Below are positions 27,315 to 37,247 of a DNA stretch of 57,402 bases, piece after piece. The notes under the pieces were generated by a model, which ran no database searches, had not been told where the DNA came from, and saw only the letters and a list, made by a program, of their open reading frames with translations. The stretch's first letter is position 1; the number at the start of each line of letters is the position of its first letter. A program made the translations under genes and the position numbers. The stretch lies in IMG/VR virus record IMGVR_UViG_3300045744_000033, positions 1-57,402 of that record. One strand, written 5' to 3'. This stretch comes from a virus (taxonomy: Duplodnaviria > Caudoviricetes).

Positions 27315-28379
27315 ATGAGCAAGGACACCAAGGAGCTGACGCGCGTCGAGCGAGGTCAGCTGGTCGAGCAGAACCACGAGATCACGCCGTGGACGCCTCG
27401 CTTCGTGATGAGCGTCGACGAGGCGGTCGCCCAGGTCGAGATGAAGCGCCAGTTCATGCAGCGCGTCATGGTCGAGGGCCTCCACTACGGGACGATCCCG
27501 GGGACGCCCAAGCCGTCCCTGTGGAAGCCAGGGGCCGAACTGCTGCTGTCGGCGATGGGGCTGCACCCCGAGCTGGTCGACGCGGCCGATCCGACCCTCG
27601 ACATCACCGGCAAGCAGCACGGCGGTGAGCCGTTCATCGAGTACCGGCGCGCCTGCCTGGTCTGGCGGCAGACCGGCCCTCGGCCCGACGACCGGATGCT
27701 GATCGCACGCGCGGAGGGCTCCTGCAGCAGCTGGGAGACGAAGTACCGCTACCGCGACGCCAAGCGGAAGTGCCCCGACTGCGGCGCCGAGACGATCTAC
27801 GAGTCGAAGAAGGGCGAGGGCGGCTGGTTCTGCTGGCTCAAGAAGGGAGGCTGCGGCCACGAGTTCGCCCTCGGCGACGAGCGCATCTCGGGCCAGCCGA
27901 TCGGGAAGACCCTCAACTCGGAGATCCCCGACCTCTCCAACACCATCCTGAAGATCGCCGACAAGCGTGCCTTCGTGGCGGGCACGCTGCTGGCCACCGG
28001 CTGCTCCGACATCTTCACCCAGGACATGGCCGACGAGGACGACGAGCCTCGCGGCGAGCGCGGCGGCGGCCGGCGCAACGGCAACGGCCGCGCCAAGGCC
28101 AACGCCAACGGCGAGGTGGCGGCGCCGAGCAAGGACAGCGAGCAGCACGCCGAGCTGGTGTCGCTCCTGGAGGACGTCCCCGAGAGCCGGGGCCGGTGGT
28201 CGGTGCCGATGTTCAACGGCAAGCTCACGCTCGGCTACGAAAAGTGCCGGGCGGAGCTGATCGAGCTTCGGCGCAAGGCGGGCGTGACCCCGGTCGACCC
28301 GCGCGAGGGCGGCGAGGCTGCCGGGGGCGACGACGGGCCGCCGGCCGAGGCCTCCGCCGTCCAGGAGGAGCTGGTCTAG
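27315..28379 (+). CDS. Putative single-strand annealing recombinase with a Zn-ribbon insertion
   Basis: HYGTIPG.PKPSLWKPGAE and NTILKIADKRA...IFTQD motifs; paired with an exonuclease. Confidence 0.6.
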   Translation: MSKDTKELTRVERGQLVEQNHEITPWTPRFVMSVDEAVAQVEMKRQFMQRVMVEGLHYGTIPGTPKPSLWKPGAELLLSAMGLHPELVDAADPTLDITGKQHGGEPFIEYRRACLVWRQTGPRPDDRMLIARAEGSCSSWETKYRYRDAKRKCPDCGAETIYESKKGEGGWFCWLKKGGCGHEFALGDERISGQPIGKTLNSEIPDLSNTILKIADKRAFVAGTLLATGCSDIFTQDMADEDDEPRGERGGGRRNGNGRAKANANGEVAAPSKDSEQHAELVSLLEDVPESRGRWSVPMFNGKLTLGYEKCRAELIELRRKAGVTPVDPREGGEAAGGDDGPPAEASAVQEELV

Positions 28380-29741
28380 ATGGCCGCCTGCAAGGACTGC
28401 GGACAGTCGGTCCGCTGGGTTCGCGTCGAGGGGAAGTGGCGGCCGTTCGAGGAGCACTCCGACCAGGAGCACTGGCTGGTCTGCCAGAGCGAGTCGGCCA
28501 AGCAGCTCCGGATCCGGCGCGGCAAGGAGGCGGGCGTGTTCCCGGTCTCCCCCACGGCCGTCAAGGACTACATCGACTGCCCGCACTACTACAAGCTCCG
28601 CCACGTCGACCGGATCCCGCTCCCGGAGATCCGCGCCGGGCTGCTGGGACGCGCGTTCCACATCTGGGCCGCGGCTCGCCTCGGCGGCAAGACGCTCGAG
28701 CAGGCGCAGCAGCTGGTGGACGAGCAGGGCGGCGTGCCCCTCGACCTGGTCGCCGACTGGCGCTACATGGTCGAGAGCTTCGAGTACCAGCTGCGCAACG
28801 GCTACTGGGTCACCAAGGACGCCGGCCTCGAGGACCGCCTCAACTTCGAGTGGCAGGACGAGGCGGTCACCGTGCAGCTGCAGGTCGTCCTCGACTACTG
28901 GCGGCTGGTCCGCGAGCGCTGGCCAGTCGTCACCGACTGGAAGACCGGGCGCGGCGTCGACCACGAGGACGCCGCGCTCTTCAAGGTCGACAGCGCCTGG
29001 GAGCTGAAGAAGAGCGTCCAGGCCCAGAGCAACATCCTGGTGCTCGGCAAGCACGTCCCGATCGACGGCGGCACCTTCCAGGAGGTCCACTTCCGCTTCG
29101 GCGGCGAGCTGATCGGCGCGGACTTCGAGCTCGAGCACCTGGACGCCTTCGAGAAGGCGCTCCGGACCCAGGTCCGCCGGATGATCCGCGACACCGACTA
29201 CGTCCCCAACCCCTACTGCCAGGTCTGCCCGGTCGGGGCGCATCCGACCCGCCACTTCCCGGTCAAGGTCGACGACAAGGGCGAGGTCACCTTCCGGATC
29301 CCGAAGAACCGGGACGAGGCCGAGCGCATCGCCGCCGCGGTGCTGGCCGCGAAGCGCATCTACTCCGCCGGCATGGACGTGCTCTCGCCCTGGTGCGCGA
29401 GCAACGGCAACCTCGGTGGCCTCGCCCACTGGCCGCAGACCGAGCGGCGACTCAAGGACGTCGTCGAGCGGCCGGCCGAGGAGGAGGGCGGCGAGGCGAC
29501 CTACGTGACCGGCATCGAGGAGGCCATGCGAATCCTCGAGCAGCACGGCTACGCCGGCGACATCCCCAAGGCGGTCCGCCTCGATGGGACGTGGCTGCGC
29601 TCGGTCCTGACCTCCAAGAAGAAGCACGTCTCGCTGGCGGCGGCGCTCGAGCCGCTGATCGTGCAGTCGACCAGCACGAAGTTCGAATGGAAGAAGGAGG
29701 CCCCGCCGCCGGCGGCAGACGCCTCGAAGGAGGTGGCGTGA
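28380..29741 (+). CDS. PD-(D/E)XK exonuclease (RecB/Cas4-like)
   Basis: SPT...CP, G.AFH, DWKTG, CxxCP motifs. Confidence 0.8.
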   Translation: MAACKDCGQSVRWVRVEGKWRPFEEHSDQEHWLVCQSESAKQLRIRRGKEAGVFPVSPTAVKDYIDCPHYYKLRHVDRIPLPEIRAGLLGRAFHIWAAARLGGKTLEQAQQLVDEQGGVPLDLVADWRYMVESFEYQLRNGYWVTKDAGLEDRLNFEWQDEAVTVQLQVVLDYWRLVRERWPVVTDWKTGRGVDHEDAALFKVDSAWELKKSVQAQSNILVLGKHVPIDGGTFQEVHFRFGGELIGADFELEHLDAFEKALRTQVRRMIRDTDYVPNPYCQVCPVGAHPTRHFPVKVDDKGEVTFRIPKNRDEAERIAAAVLAAKRIYSAGMDVLSPWCASNGNLGGLAHWPQTERRLKDVVERPAEEEGGEATYVTGIEEAMRILEQHGYAGDIPKAVRLDGTWLRSVLTSKKKHVSLAAALEPLIVQSTSTKFEWKKEAPPPAADASKEVA

Positions 29742-31498
29742 TGGCCAAGACCAAGACCCCGCCGGCGCCCGTCGCCGGCGCCGCCCCCAACGGCAACCAC
29801 CGCCCCGAGAAGTACGAGGGCCCGCGCCAGCGCACGGTCCGCGTCGACCAGATCGTCGTCCTGCCCGGGCACAACTCCCGCAAGGACGTCGGCGACGTCA
29901 GCGAGCTGGCGGAGTCGATCGAGCAGAACGGGCTCCTGCAGCCGCTGCTGGTAGAGCCGGGCTCGTGGAACTCGGCGATGAAGGACTACGTCACCTTCCA
30001 CCTGGTCGCCGGCGAGCGCCGCCTGACCGCGGTCAAGAAGCTCGGGCACAAGGACGTCGACGTCGTCGTCCGCGACTTCGAGGAGCGCCGGCGCGTGCTG
30101 GCCATGGTCATCGAGAACGTTCAGCGCGAGAACCTCGACCCGCTCGAGGAGGCCGACGCCTACCACCGGGCGGTCGACGCCGGTTTCTCGCAGAAAGACG
30201 TGGCCCACGAGGTCGGCAAGTCGGAGGCCCACATCTCCAAGCGCCTGGCGCTCCTGCAGCTGCCGGCCGGTGCCCAGAAGAAGGTGACCGCCGGCGACAT
30301 CACGCTGAGCGACGCGCTCGAGCTGACCAAGCTCGTCGGCCACCCGGAGGCGCTCAAGAAGGCGCTCGACAAGGGGAGTCGCGGCTGGTACGGCGGGTAC
30401 GCCGGCGCGGTCCGCGAGGAGCTCAACGCGATCCAGGCCGAGGAGCGCAAGGCCAGGGCGCGGGCGCAGCTGCAGTCGGCCGGCGTCAAGATCCTGAAGG
30501 AGCAACCCGGGTACGGCTGGTATAGCCGCAAGGAGAAGCCGCTCCTGGGCCAGGGCGCCGACTACGAGGCGATCGGACTGACCGTCGAGCAGCACAAGGA
30601 CCAGCCTTGTCATGCCGCCGCCATTGACGGCGAGGGGCGCGTCATCCATGTCTGCACCGAACCCGAGCGCCACGTCGACGAGGACGCGCGCGCGAAGGCG
30701 GCCACACAGGAGCAGGCGCGCCGGAGTGAGGGCCGCCAGAAGGAGCTGCGGAAGAACAAGCAGCTGAAGCTCGAGACCGAGGCTCGCGCCAAGACGGCAG
30801 CGCACGTGCTCGAGGTCGGCGACCTGTCGGCCCAGCTGACGTTCATCGCCGTCCAGCTGGCCGACACTGCGCGGACCGACGAGGGCCGCGTGGCCTGCGA
30901 GCTGCTGTCGCTCGACGCCGACAAGCAGCGCTTCGGCTACCCGGACTACTCGACTGCGCTGGTGAAGCACGCGCAGACGTCGAAGAAGGCGGCCTGGCAG
31001 GTGCTGACGGCGCTCGCCATGGCGCAGAGCGAAGGCCGCCTCCGCAACCGGTGGAGCGGCCAGAGCGAGAAGGACAAGGCGTACCTCGAGATGCTGACGG
31101 CGGCCGGCTACGTCAAGCCGAAGCTGCCGGCGGTGACGAAGCCGAAGGCCTCCGCGAAGAAGGGGGCGAAGACCAAGCCGTCCGCGGCCACCGAGAAGTT
31201 CGTCGGCGGGCAGATCGAGAAGCTGCGGGAGGACGCCGAGCGGAAGCGTTTGCGCCAACAGCGCCTGCAGGCGGACCGCGAGGCCTTCCCGGAGGAGCAC
31301 CAGCAGCCCTCCGTCGACGAGGCGATCACCACCGCGATCGCGCGCCACACGAGCCCCGGCGACGCCGGCGGCCCGGGCGCGCTGCACGTGAAGTACCAGC
31401 CCAAGTGCCGGAAGTGCGGCCGCACCGAGGCGGACGGCGTCGTCATGGTCGAGCTCCTCGGCGACGGCCAGGACCTCTGCGACGCATGCGACCGATGA
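29741..31498 (+). CDS. ParB/Spo0J-family protein with a long C-terminal extension
   Basis: ELAESI...GLLQPLLV, VAGERRL, ENVQRENLDPLEEA and HTH. Confidence 0.9.
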   Translation: MAKTKTPPAPVAGAAPNGNHRPEKYEGPRQRTVRVDQIVVLPGHNSRKDVGDVSELAESIEQNGLLQPLLVEPGSWNSAMKDYVTFHLVAGERRLTAVKKLGHKDVDVVVRDFEERRRVLAMVIENVQRENLDPLEEADAYHRAVDAGFSQKDVAHEVGKSEAHISKRLALLQLPAGAQKKVTAGDITLSDALELTKLVGHPEALKKALDKGSRGWYGGYAGAVREELNAIQAEERKARARAQLQSAGVKILKEQPGYGWYSRKEKPLLGQGADYEAIGLTVEQHKDQPCHAAAIDGEGRVIHVCTEPERHVDEDARAKAATQEQARRSEGRQKELRKNKQLKLETEARAKTAAHVLEVGDLSAQLTFIAVQLADTARTDEGRVACELLSLDADKQRFGYPDYSTALVKHAQTSKKAAWQVLTALAMAQSEGRLRNRWSGQSEKDKAYLEMLTAAGYVKPKLPAVTKPKASAKKGAKTKPSAATEKFVGGQIEKLREDAERKRLRQQRLQADREAFPEEHQQPSVDEAITTAIARHTSPGDAGGPGALHVKYQPKCRKCGRTEADGVVMVELLGDGQDLCDACDR

Positions 31499-31902
31499 GC
31501 GGCCCGATCAAACCTCGAATCTCTCCCCCCGCAGCCATGCCCGGAGGGCCGGTCGACGTGGCCGGCCCAACGGGCGGCGGGGACGCCGCTCGCGCAGACA
31601 GCGAGGACACGGCCGGCTCGCGCCTGCGTCACCTCGCCGGCCTCGACGGAGCCGACCTCTTGGCGGCGGTCACCTACGAGGGCGATCTGATCCGCGCCGA
31701 CGTGACGGCCGCCCTCGACGAGAGAGATCGCCTCCGGGAGGTGGCGAAGCAACTGCACCCGTACCTCGCCCACGACTTCTCTTGCGCGCTCCGCCGGACC
31801 GCGATGACTCACGACACGACCTGCACCTGCGGGCTGTTCGAGGTGCTCGGGGAGCTCTTCGACCTGGTTCCGGAACTCGTAATCGGAGGCGACCAGCGAT
31901 GA
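31495..31902 (+). CDS. Hypothetical protein
   Basis: ATGA overlap; H..SC...CTCG motif. Confidence 0.6.
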   Translation: MSGPIKPRISPPAAMPGGPVDVAGPTGGGDAARADSEDTAGSRLRHLAGLDGADLLAAVTYEGDLIRADVTAALDERDRLREVAKQLHPYLAHDFSCALRRTAMTHDTTCTCGLFEVLGELFDLVPELVIGGDQR

Positions 31903-32117
31903 GTGAGTCGATGGGGCCGCCGCTCGGCCCGCCGCTCGGCCCGCCGCTGGGTTCACCGGATCGCCCCCCGGAGAGAAAGGCGACAACGAAGACTGCGCCC
32001 CTCGGGCACAACCGTTGCACCTGCGGCCACATGGACTCGATGCACTCGGTCAGCGAGCCTCATGCCTGCCGAGCCAAGGACTGCGACTGCTGGGAGTACT
32101 TGCGTGCTGCCCGCTGA
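31899..32117 (+). CDS. Small Cys/His protein with a (GPPL)3 repeat
   Basis: CTCGH...H...C...CDC; 12-bp tandem repeat near 31914-31950. Confidence 0.6.
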   Translation: MSESMGPPLGPPLGPPLGSPDRPPERKATTKTAPLGHNRCTCGHMDSMHSVSEPHACRAKDCDCWEYLRAAR

Positions 32118-32337
32118 CGCCGCCCACAACCTGATCACCGCCTGGGAGGACTACAAGCGCCGCCTGGCTCAGAACGAGGCCGACGCCGCCAACGGGTCGA
32201 CCCCGGATGCTGCCAGCTTGGAGGCCGACCGCAAGGTGCTGGCTGGGGCGCTCGCTGACTTTCTGGATGCTGCGCTAAACCGGCAGGAGAACCACCGGAC
32301 GCCGGAGAAGGAGGCGGCCAGCGATGAGCGCGAATAA
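32104..32337 (+). CDS. Hypothetical protein
   Basis: Fills the operon gap. Confidence 0.5.
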   Translation: MLPADAAHNLITAWEDYKRRLAQNEADAANGSTPDAASLEADRKVLAGALADFLDAALNRQENHRTPEKEAASDERE

Positions 32338-32812
32338 GCAATTCGTCTGCGGCATCTGCGAGCCCAGCGTCGTCTTCCCTGGCGAGGTCGAGTGGCATGA
32401 GCACGCCAGCACCGTGCACAGGGATCGCCCCCCGGTGAAGAGGAAGGCCGGCGATCGCTTCGCCCTCCTGCTCGGCGGCAAGGTCGCGCTGACCGGCGTA
32501 GCGGGCATGACCGTCCGCTACGAGCCCAGCGACAGCGATGACGCCTATGCGACCTTTCGCGAGTTCACCTGGGACGAGATCGCTGACCTCATCGAGGGCA
32601 AGGATCGCCTCCTGGGGTTGGTGGAGGCGCTGGTCGGCCTTTCTGAGCGACACCTGCGCGTCATCACCGCAGCGCTGGATAGCGGGAACCTTTCCGGTCT
32701 GAGGGTCAGCGCCTTCCGCGGGCTCAAGGCCGACACCGAGGCGCTGATCGGCCTTGCTCTCGATAAAGGGCATTCACCCGCTCACGGCGAGGAGCCTGGC
32801 AATGCCGAGTAG
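32324..32812 (+). CDS. Hypothetical protein with an N-terminal C2H2-like motif
   Basis: SD AAGGAGG; CGIC...H...H. Confidence 0.65.
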   Translation: MSANKQFVCGICEPSVVFPGEVEWHEHASTVHRDRPPVKRKAGDRFALLLGGKVALTGVAGMTVRYEPSDSDDAYATFREFTWDEIADLIEGKDRLLGLVEALVGLSERHLRVITAALDSGNLSGLRVSAFRGLKADTEALIGLALDKGHSPAHGEEPGNAE

Positions 32813-33080
32813 CCGCGTGCTGTACGCGGATCCTGGCGTCGCCCCGTTGCTCCCATGGCGGGTCGGCGAGCGCGTGCGCTTCGAGGATCCGGAGACGCCG
32901 CGACCGATCGCCGAGCAGCTGCGCGGCACGATCGCCGCGCTCAACGTCCAGCTCACCGCCGACGGCCTGGCGTTCACCGGCCCCGTCATCTCGTGGGACG
33001 ACTGCCCTGAGGACCTGGACGACGAATGGGAGCACTCCCTCGACTGCCTGAAGCGCGAGGAGGCGGGCGATGGCCGCTGA
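32802..33080 (+). CDS. Hypothetical protein
   Basis: SD GAGGAG. Confidence 0.6.
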   Translation: MPSSRVLYADPGVAPLLPWRVGERVRFEDPETPRPIAEQLRGTIAALNVQLTADGLAFTGPVISWDDCPEDLDDEWEHSLDCLKREEAGDGR

Positions 33081-33333
33081 CGTCGAGGTCGACCTGCACG
33101 ACACCTGCGCAGCCGCCGGCTGCGACGTCCGAGTGCCGTTCGGGCGGCTGATGTGCGGGCCTCACTGGGCCCGCGTGCCCAAGGCCATCCAGAGCCGCGT
33201 CTACGCGACCTGGCGGCGCCGGCAGGGCGCGCCCCACGACCCGGACCGACGCGCGGCGCACGAGGAGGCCAAGCGGGCCGCGATCCTGGCCGTCGCCGAG
33301 ACCGACGGCCTGCCCACGGAGGACGTGCGGTGA
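33070..33333 (+). CDS. Hypothetical phage protein (C...C...MC..HW type)
   Basis: SD GGAGG; LMCGPHWARVP motif. Confidence 0.7.
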   Translation: MAADVEVDLHDTCAAAGCDVRVPFGRLMCGPHWARVPKAIQSRVYATWRRRQGAPHDPDRRAAHEEAKRAAILAVAETDGLPTEDVR

Positions 33334-33971
33334 CGTTCCTACCGAAGGACTCGAGCCGGCTCGAGTACGCCAAGCGCTTCGGGGCCGAGTTGCAGCGCGC
33401 GATGACCGCGCGCAAGATGCGCCCCTTTCACCTCTTCAAGGCGGCCGGAGGTGGCTTCTCCCACTTCCAGTTCGACAGCTGGCTGCACGGGACCGCTCTC
33501 CCGCGGCTGGACCGGGCGATCAAACTGGCCGAGGTCCTCGACTGGCCGTCGCTGTCAGCGATCGTGCGCGAGGGGCGAACGGGAACGTGCGAGCGTCCCG
33601 GCTGTGGTCGCACCTTCATCTCGGAGGCTGGCCGCGTCCGGAAGTACTGCTCCCCGCGCTGCTACAAGCTTGTCCACGAGTATGAGCTCGGCTTCGCTCA
33701 CGCCGAGCGCAAGAAGCTCGGCAGCGAGGAGGCGGTGCTCCGCAAGCAGGCCGCCGAGGGCCGAGCTCTCGTCGAGGAACTGGCCGAGCACCGCCGCGCG
33801 GTCGAGGCCTTCTGTAACGACTGCGAGCCGGACGGCTACTGCCGGACCCCCGACTGCAAGCTACGACTCGCCAGCCCGCTCCCGCTCATGCGCGCCGAGC
33901 TGCGGTCGACCGAGAAGCGCCGCTTGGATGCACCGGACCGCTGGCGCCACCAGTCCGAGGTCGCCTCGTGA
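33330..33971 (+). CDS. XRE-like HTH plus Zn-finger protein
   Basis: WLHGTALPRLDRAIKLAEVL; CERPGC...YCSPRC. Confidence 0.7.
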   Translation: MTFLPKDSSRLEYAKRFGAELQRAMTARKMRPFHLFKAAGGGFSHFQFDSWLHGTALPRLDRAIKLAEVLDWPSLSAIVREGRTGTCERPGCGRTFISEAGRVRKYCSPRCYKLVHEYELGFAHAERKKLGSEEAVLRKQAAEGRALVEELAEHRRAVEAFCNDCEPDGYCRTPDCKLRLASPLPLMRAELRSTEKRRLDAPDRWRHQSEVAS

Positions 33972-34249
33972 GCTACCTGGTCATCGCCCAGGACGGCACT
34001 CGCGTCATGGCCGTCGAGACCGCCGGGCAGAACGAGGACTGGCCGCCGGCGCCGATGCACATCATCGACCGCTGGCTCGTCCAGGGGGCGATCGGCGAGG
34101 ACACGCGCCTGACCATCTGGGAGGAGCGTGGCGGCTGGCACTGGAAACCGGCGGGCTCCGACGCATATGGCCCTGACCTCGACGACCTGGTGGTCGAGCA
34201 CCACGGCGACAACTCGTTCTCGGTCCGGAGGAAGCGCGGTGGCGAGTAG
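33968..34249 (+). CDS. Hypothetical protein
   Basis: GTGA overlap. Confidence 0.6.
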   Translation: MSYLVIAQDGTRVMAVETAGQNEDWPPAPMHIIDRWLVQGAIGEDTRLTIWEERGGWHWKPAGSDAYGPDLDDLVVEHHGDNSFSVRRKRGGE

Positions 34250-34523
34250 GACGCCGGAGATCGCCCCCGTCATCCTCGAGCGCCGCTGGCGTCGCTGGCG
34301 CGCAAGCGGTTGGCCGGAGACCGAGATCGAGACCATCGACCCCGACGAGATGCCCATCTACGGCAGCTCGGTCGCTGAGGGCATCTGCCCGGACCTGCAC
34401 GACGAGGACGACCTGGCCGAGGACGGCAGCCACGATCGCCGCCCGCGCCGCCTCCACCTTGAGGCGGACGGCTGGCTCCACTGCGAAGAGGGCTGTGCGC
34501 CCTGGAGGTTCCGGAATGCCTAG
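34239..34523 (+). CDS. Hypothetical protein
   Basis: Operon position. Confidence 0.55.
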   Translation: MASRTPEIAPVILERRWRRWRASGWPETEIETIDPDEMPIYGSSVAEGICPDLHDEDDLAEDGSHDRRPRRLHLEADGWLHCEEGCAPWRFRNA

Positions 34524-36360
34524 GACGCTGCAGGTCTCGCCGGACGTCGCGCTGCCGATCGAATGGGTGACGCTGGCCACCGTCGTCTACGGCGCCCGCG
34601 GCGCCGGCAAGACCACCTTCGGCCGCGTCATCGCCGAGGAGTGCTACGACGCCCGCGTCCCGTTCTGCGTCATCGACCCCAAGGGAGACTGGTGGGGCCT
34701 CAAGGCCTCCGCCGACGGAAAGAGCGAGGGGATCCCGGTCGTCGTCTTCGGCGGGGACCACGGCGACGTCCCGCTCGAGCCGGACGCCGGCCAGTACCTC
34801 GGCCGTCTGGTCGCCGAGCTGGCCACCAAGGGCGTCTCGACGGTCCTCGACCTCGAGCACCTCTCGAAGGGCAAGCAGGTCCGCTTCGTCGCCGCCTTCC
34901 TCGCCTCGCTCTACCACCACAACCGCGAGGTCCTGCTGCTGATCGTCGACGAGGTCCAGCGCTACGCGCCGCAGTCCGGCCGCGGCCTGGATCCCGACGT
35001 GTCCATCTGCCTCGGCGCGGTCGAGGACGTCGTCAAGCTCGGCCGCAAGCACGGGCTCGGCGGCCTCTTCCTTACCCAGCGCGGCGCCGGCTTCAACAAG
35101 GAGGTCAGCGAGCTCGGCGACGTCCTCGTCGCCTTCCGGACGCCGGGCGTCCTCGACCAGGAGCGCATCAACGACTGGCTGCAGGCGAACACCACGGCCG
35201 AGGAGGCGCGCGTGGTGAAGGCTGGGCTGGCCAAGCTGGCCACCGGCACCGCGGTGATCGCGAGCGGCCACCCGGACCTGCAGCTGCTGGCGACGACGGC
35301 CATCCGCCGGCCGCGGACCTTCGACTCCTCGGCGACGCCTCGCATCGGGCAGCGCCGCGTCGAGCCGAAGCGGCTGGCGCAGCCGGACCTCGAGGAGATC
35401 CGGAGCCAAATGACGGCGGCGATCGAGCGCTCGAAGGCCGAGGACCCGAAAGAGCTGCAGAAGCGGATCCGCGAGCTCGAGAAGATCGCGCGTGCGCACG
35501 CAGACGTGGCCCAGACGGCGGCTCGCGAGCAGGCCGCGGCCAACGCCCTGCGCGACCGGATCCGCGAGCTCGAGGCCGAGGTCGCGCGCGCCGGCGCGAT
35601 CCACGTCGAGCAGGCGGTCCAGGCGGCAATCAAGCAGCGGGACGACGAATGGGAGTCGCGGCTCGGTGAGCGCGTCGGCGACCTGATCGCGGAGATGAGG
35701 ACCGTCGGCCTGGTCGTGAATCTGCCCACCGGACGGGGCGGTCGGGGTGCTGAGCCCTCGACCCCCACCCCCCGCCCGGTCCCACAGCCGGGGAAGGAGG
35801 AGCGGCCTAGCGAACGATCGAGCAGGCCAGAAAGGACAGCGGGGCGCGCAGAGGGAGTGCGCCCCGCACAGCCCCCGAACGACGTCGACGGCCGCCTCGG
35901 CAAGGGCGAGCGCACCGTCCTCGACATCCTCGCCCAGTGGCCGGAGGGCCGCACCCACAACGAGCTCGCCTTCCTGGCCGGCTACTCGGCCAAGGCCTCG
36001 ACGCTGGGCGTCATCCTGGCCAAGCTGCGCCGCCTCGGCTACGTCGAACCCGGGCAGCCGATCAAGGCGACGCCGGCCGGCCTCGAGGCGGCGGGCGGGA
36101 TCCAGGAGCGGCCGCGCGGCGAAGCGCTGCTGCAGCACTGGCTGACGCACCCGCGCATCGGCGAGGGCGAGCGGAAGGTGCTGCTCGCACTCATCGACTT
36201 CTACCCGTCGGCGCCCAGCCACGAGGAGCTCTGCGAGGCGACCGGCTACTCCCCGGGCGCCTCGACCATGGGCGTGATCCTCTCCAAGCTCCGGAAGCTG
36301 GGGCTGGTCGAGAAGGGCCGCCGGCGGATCGCGGACGAGTTCATGGAGGCGATCCGATGA
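34516..36360 (+). CDS. HerA/FtsK-superfamily P-loop ATPase with coiled coil and two C-terminal winged-helix repeats
   Basis: GARGAGKT Walker A, IDPKGDW, IVDEVQ Walker B, GRKHG arginine finger, TQR. Confidence 0.85.
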   Translation: MPRTLQVSPDVALPIEWVTLATVVYGARGAGKTTFGRVIAEECYDARVPFCVIDPKGDWWGLKASADGKSEGIPVVVFGGDHGDVPLEPDAGQYLGRLVAELATKGVSTVLDLEHLSKGKQVRFVAAFLASLYHHNREVLLLIVDEVQRYAPQSGRGLDPDVSICLGAVEDVVKLGRKHGLGGLFLTQRGAGFNKEVSELGDVLVAFRTPGVLDQERINDWLQANTTAEEARVVKAGLAKLATGTAVIASGHPDLQLLATTAIRRPRTFDSSATPRIGQRRVEPKRLAQPDLEEIRSQMTAAIERSKAEDPKELQKRIRELEKIARAHADVAQTAAREQAAANALRDRIRELEAEVARAGAIHVEQAVQAAIKQRDDEWESRLGERVGDLIAEMRTVGLVVNLPTGRGGRGAEPSTPTPRPVPQPGKEERPSERSSRPERTAGRAEGVRPAQPPNDVDGRLGKGERTVLDILAQWPEGRTHNELAFLAGYSAKASTLGVILAKLRRLGYVEPGQPIKATPAGLEAAGGIQERPRGEALLQHWLTHPRIGEGERKVLLALIDFYPSAPSHEELCEATGYSPGASTMGVILSKLRKLGLVEKGRRRIADEFMEAIR

Positions 36361-36569
36361 GCCTCCAGATCGCCGCCACCATCCTCATCGTCGGCGTCCT
36401 CTTCGGCGTCCCGGCCGGCTGGGGCGGGTACATCGTCGGCGACTGGCGCGCCCGCCGGGAGCTGGCCGACCGGATCGGCGAGCTGGGGCTCGAGGTGAAC
36501 CTGCTCACGATCCGCGTAGCGGCCGAGCTCCGCCGGCGCCACTCGCGTGCGCCGAGGCGGGCGGCATGA
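36357..36569 (+). CDS. Small membrane protein
   Basis: N-terminal TM helix; ATGA overlap. Confidence 0.6.
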   Translation: MSLQIAATILIVGVLFGVPAGWGGYIVGDWRARRELADRIGELGLEVNLLTIRVAAELRRRHSRAPRRAA

Positions 36570-36769
36570 CGAGGCCCGTGCTCGTGGTCCTCGACCCCGC
36601 ACCGGCCCCCGACGTGCGGATCGAGTACGCCTCGCCGCGCGTGCTCGGGCTGCGCAAGGAGGCGGGCTATTTCGAGGTCGTGACCCGGTTCGGCAGCTGC
36701 GCCCACCACCATCGCTCGCGGCGGGCGGCCGAGGCCTGCGCCGAGCGCCTGGCGAGGTCCGACCGGTGA
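36566..36769 (+). CDS. Hypothetical protein
   Basis: ATGA overlap. Confidence 0.55.
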   Translation: MTRPVLVVLDPAPAPDVRIEYASPRVLGLRKEAGYFEVVTRFGSCAHHHRSRRAAEACAERLARSDR

Positions 36770-36981
36770 GGGGGCCGACGATCGTCACGACGTCCGAGAT
36801 CCGTATCTGCTGCGTCTGCGGTGGACCGGCGATCGCCGGCACTGGCGTGGCCGAGTCGCGCTGGTGGTGCGCGAAACACATCGACGTCGGGCTGGCCAAC
36901 ACTGCGGTCGACCTGGTCTTCGTGCGCTTCGACGCGCGCTCCGAAGAGGAGCAGCGCGAGCTCGAGGAGGAGCCGGCCTGA
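36766..36981 (+). CDS. Small Zn-binding protein
   Basis: CCVC...CAKH; GTGA overlap. Confidence 0.55.
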   Translation: MRGPTIVTTSEIRICCVCGGPAIAGTGVAESRWWCAKHIDVGLANTAVDLVFVRFDARSEEEQRELEEEPA

Positions 36982-37247
36982 TGGGTGCCGACCACGAGAT
37001 GCGATCGCCCGGGCAGGTCCTGCTCCAGGCGCTTTCCGACAGAAAGGTGAGCCAGGCGGAGCTGGCCAGGCGCCTCGGCAAGTCGCGCCAGTACGTCAAC
37101 CAGCTGGTCAGGGATGAGTCGCGGATCACACCCAGGGTGGCGATCGCGCTCGAGCAGCTGCTCGGCACGCCGGCTGGATCCTGGGCCAACCTGCAGGCCG
37201 AGTACGACCTCGGCAAGGCGCGGCTGCGCCGGGGGACACAGACGTGA
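36981..37247 (+). CDS. HigA-like XRE HTH protein
   Basis: SPGQVL...SQAELARRLG...ITPRVAIALEQLLGTPAGSWANLQAEYDL. Confidence 0.85.
   Translation: MGADHEMRSPGQVLLQALSDRKVSQAELARRLGKSRQYVNQLVRDESRITPRVAIALEQLLGTPAGSWANLQAEYDLGKARLRRGTQT

Noticed and set aside
27770-29740. Apparent N-terminal extension making ParB 1242 aa
   Set aside because: Shadow frame over the recombinase and exonuclease genes; the real start is ATG 29741 after SD AAGGAGG
28380-29741. Cas4-like nuclease as evidence of CRISPR-Cas
   Set aside because: No repeat-spacer array or other cas genes seen; pairing with an annealing protein fits a recombination exonuclease
29741-31498. ParABS plasmid-prophage partition system
   Set aside because: No ParA ATPase recognised, and an integrase with att cores is present
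31914-31950. 12-bp tandem repeat (GPPL x3)
   Set aside because: Short in-frame repeat in a small ORF; no spacers and no regulatory context
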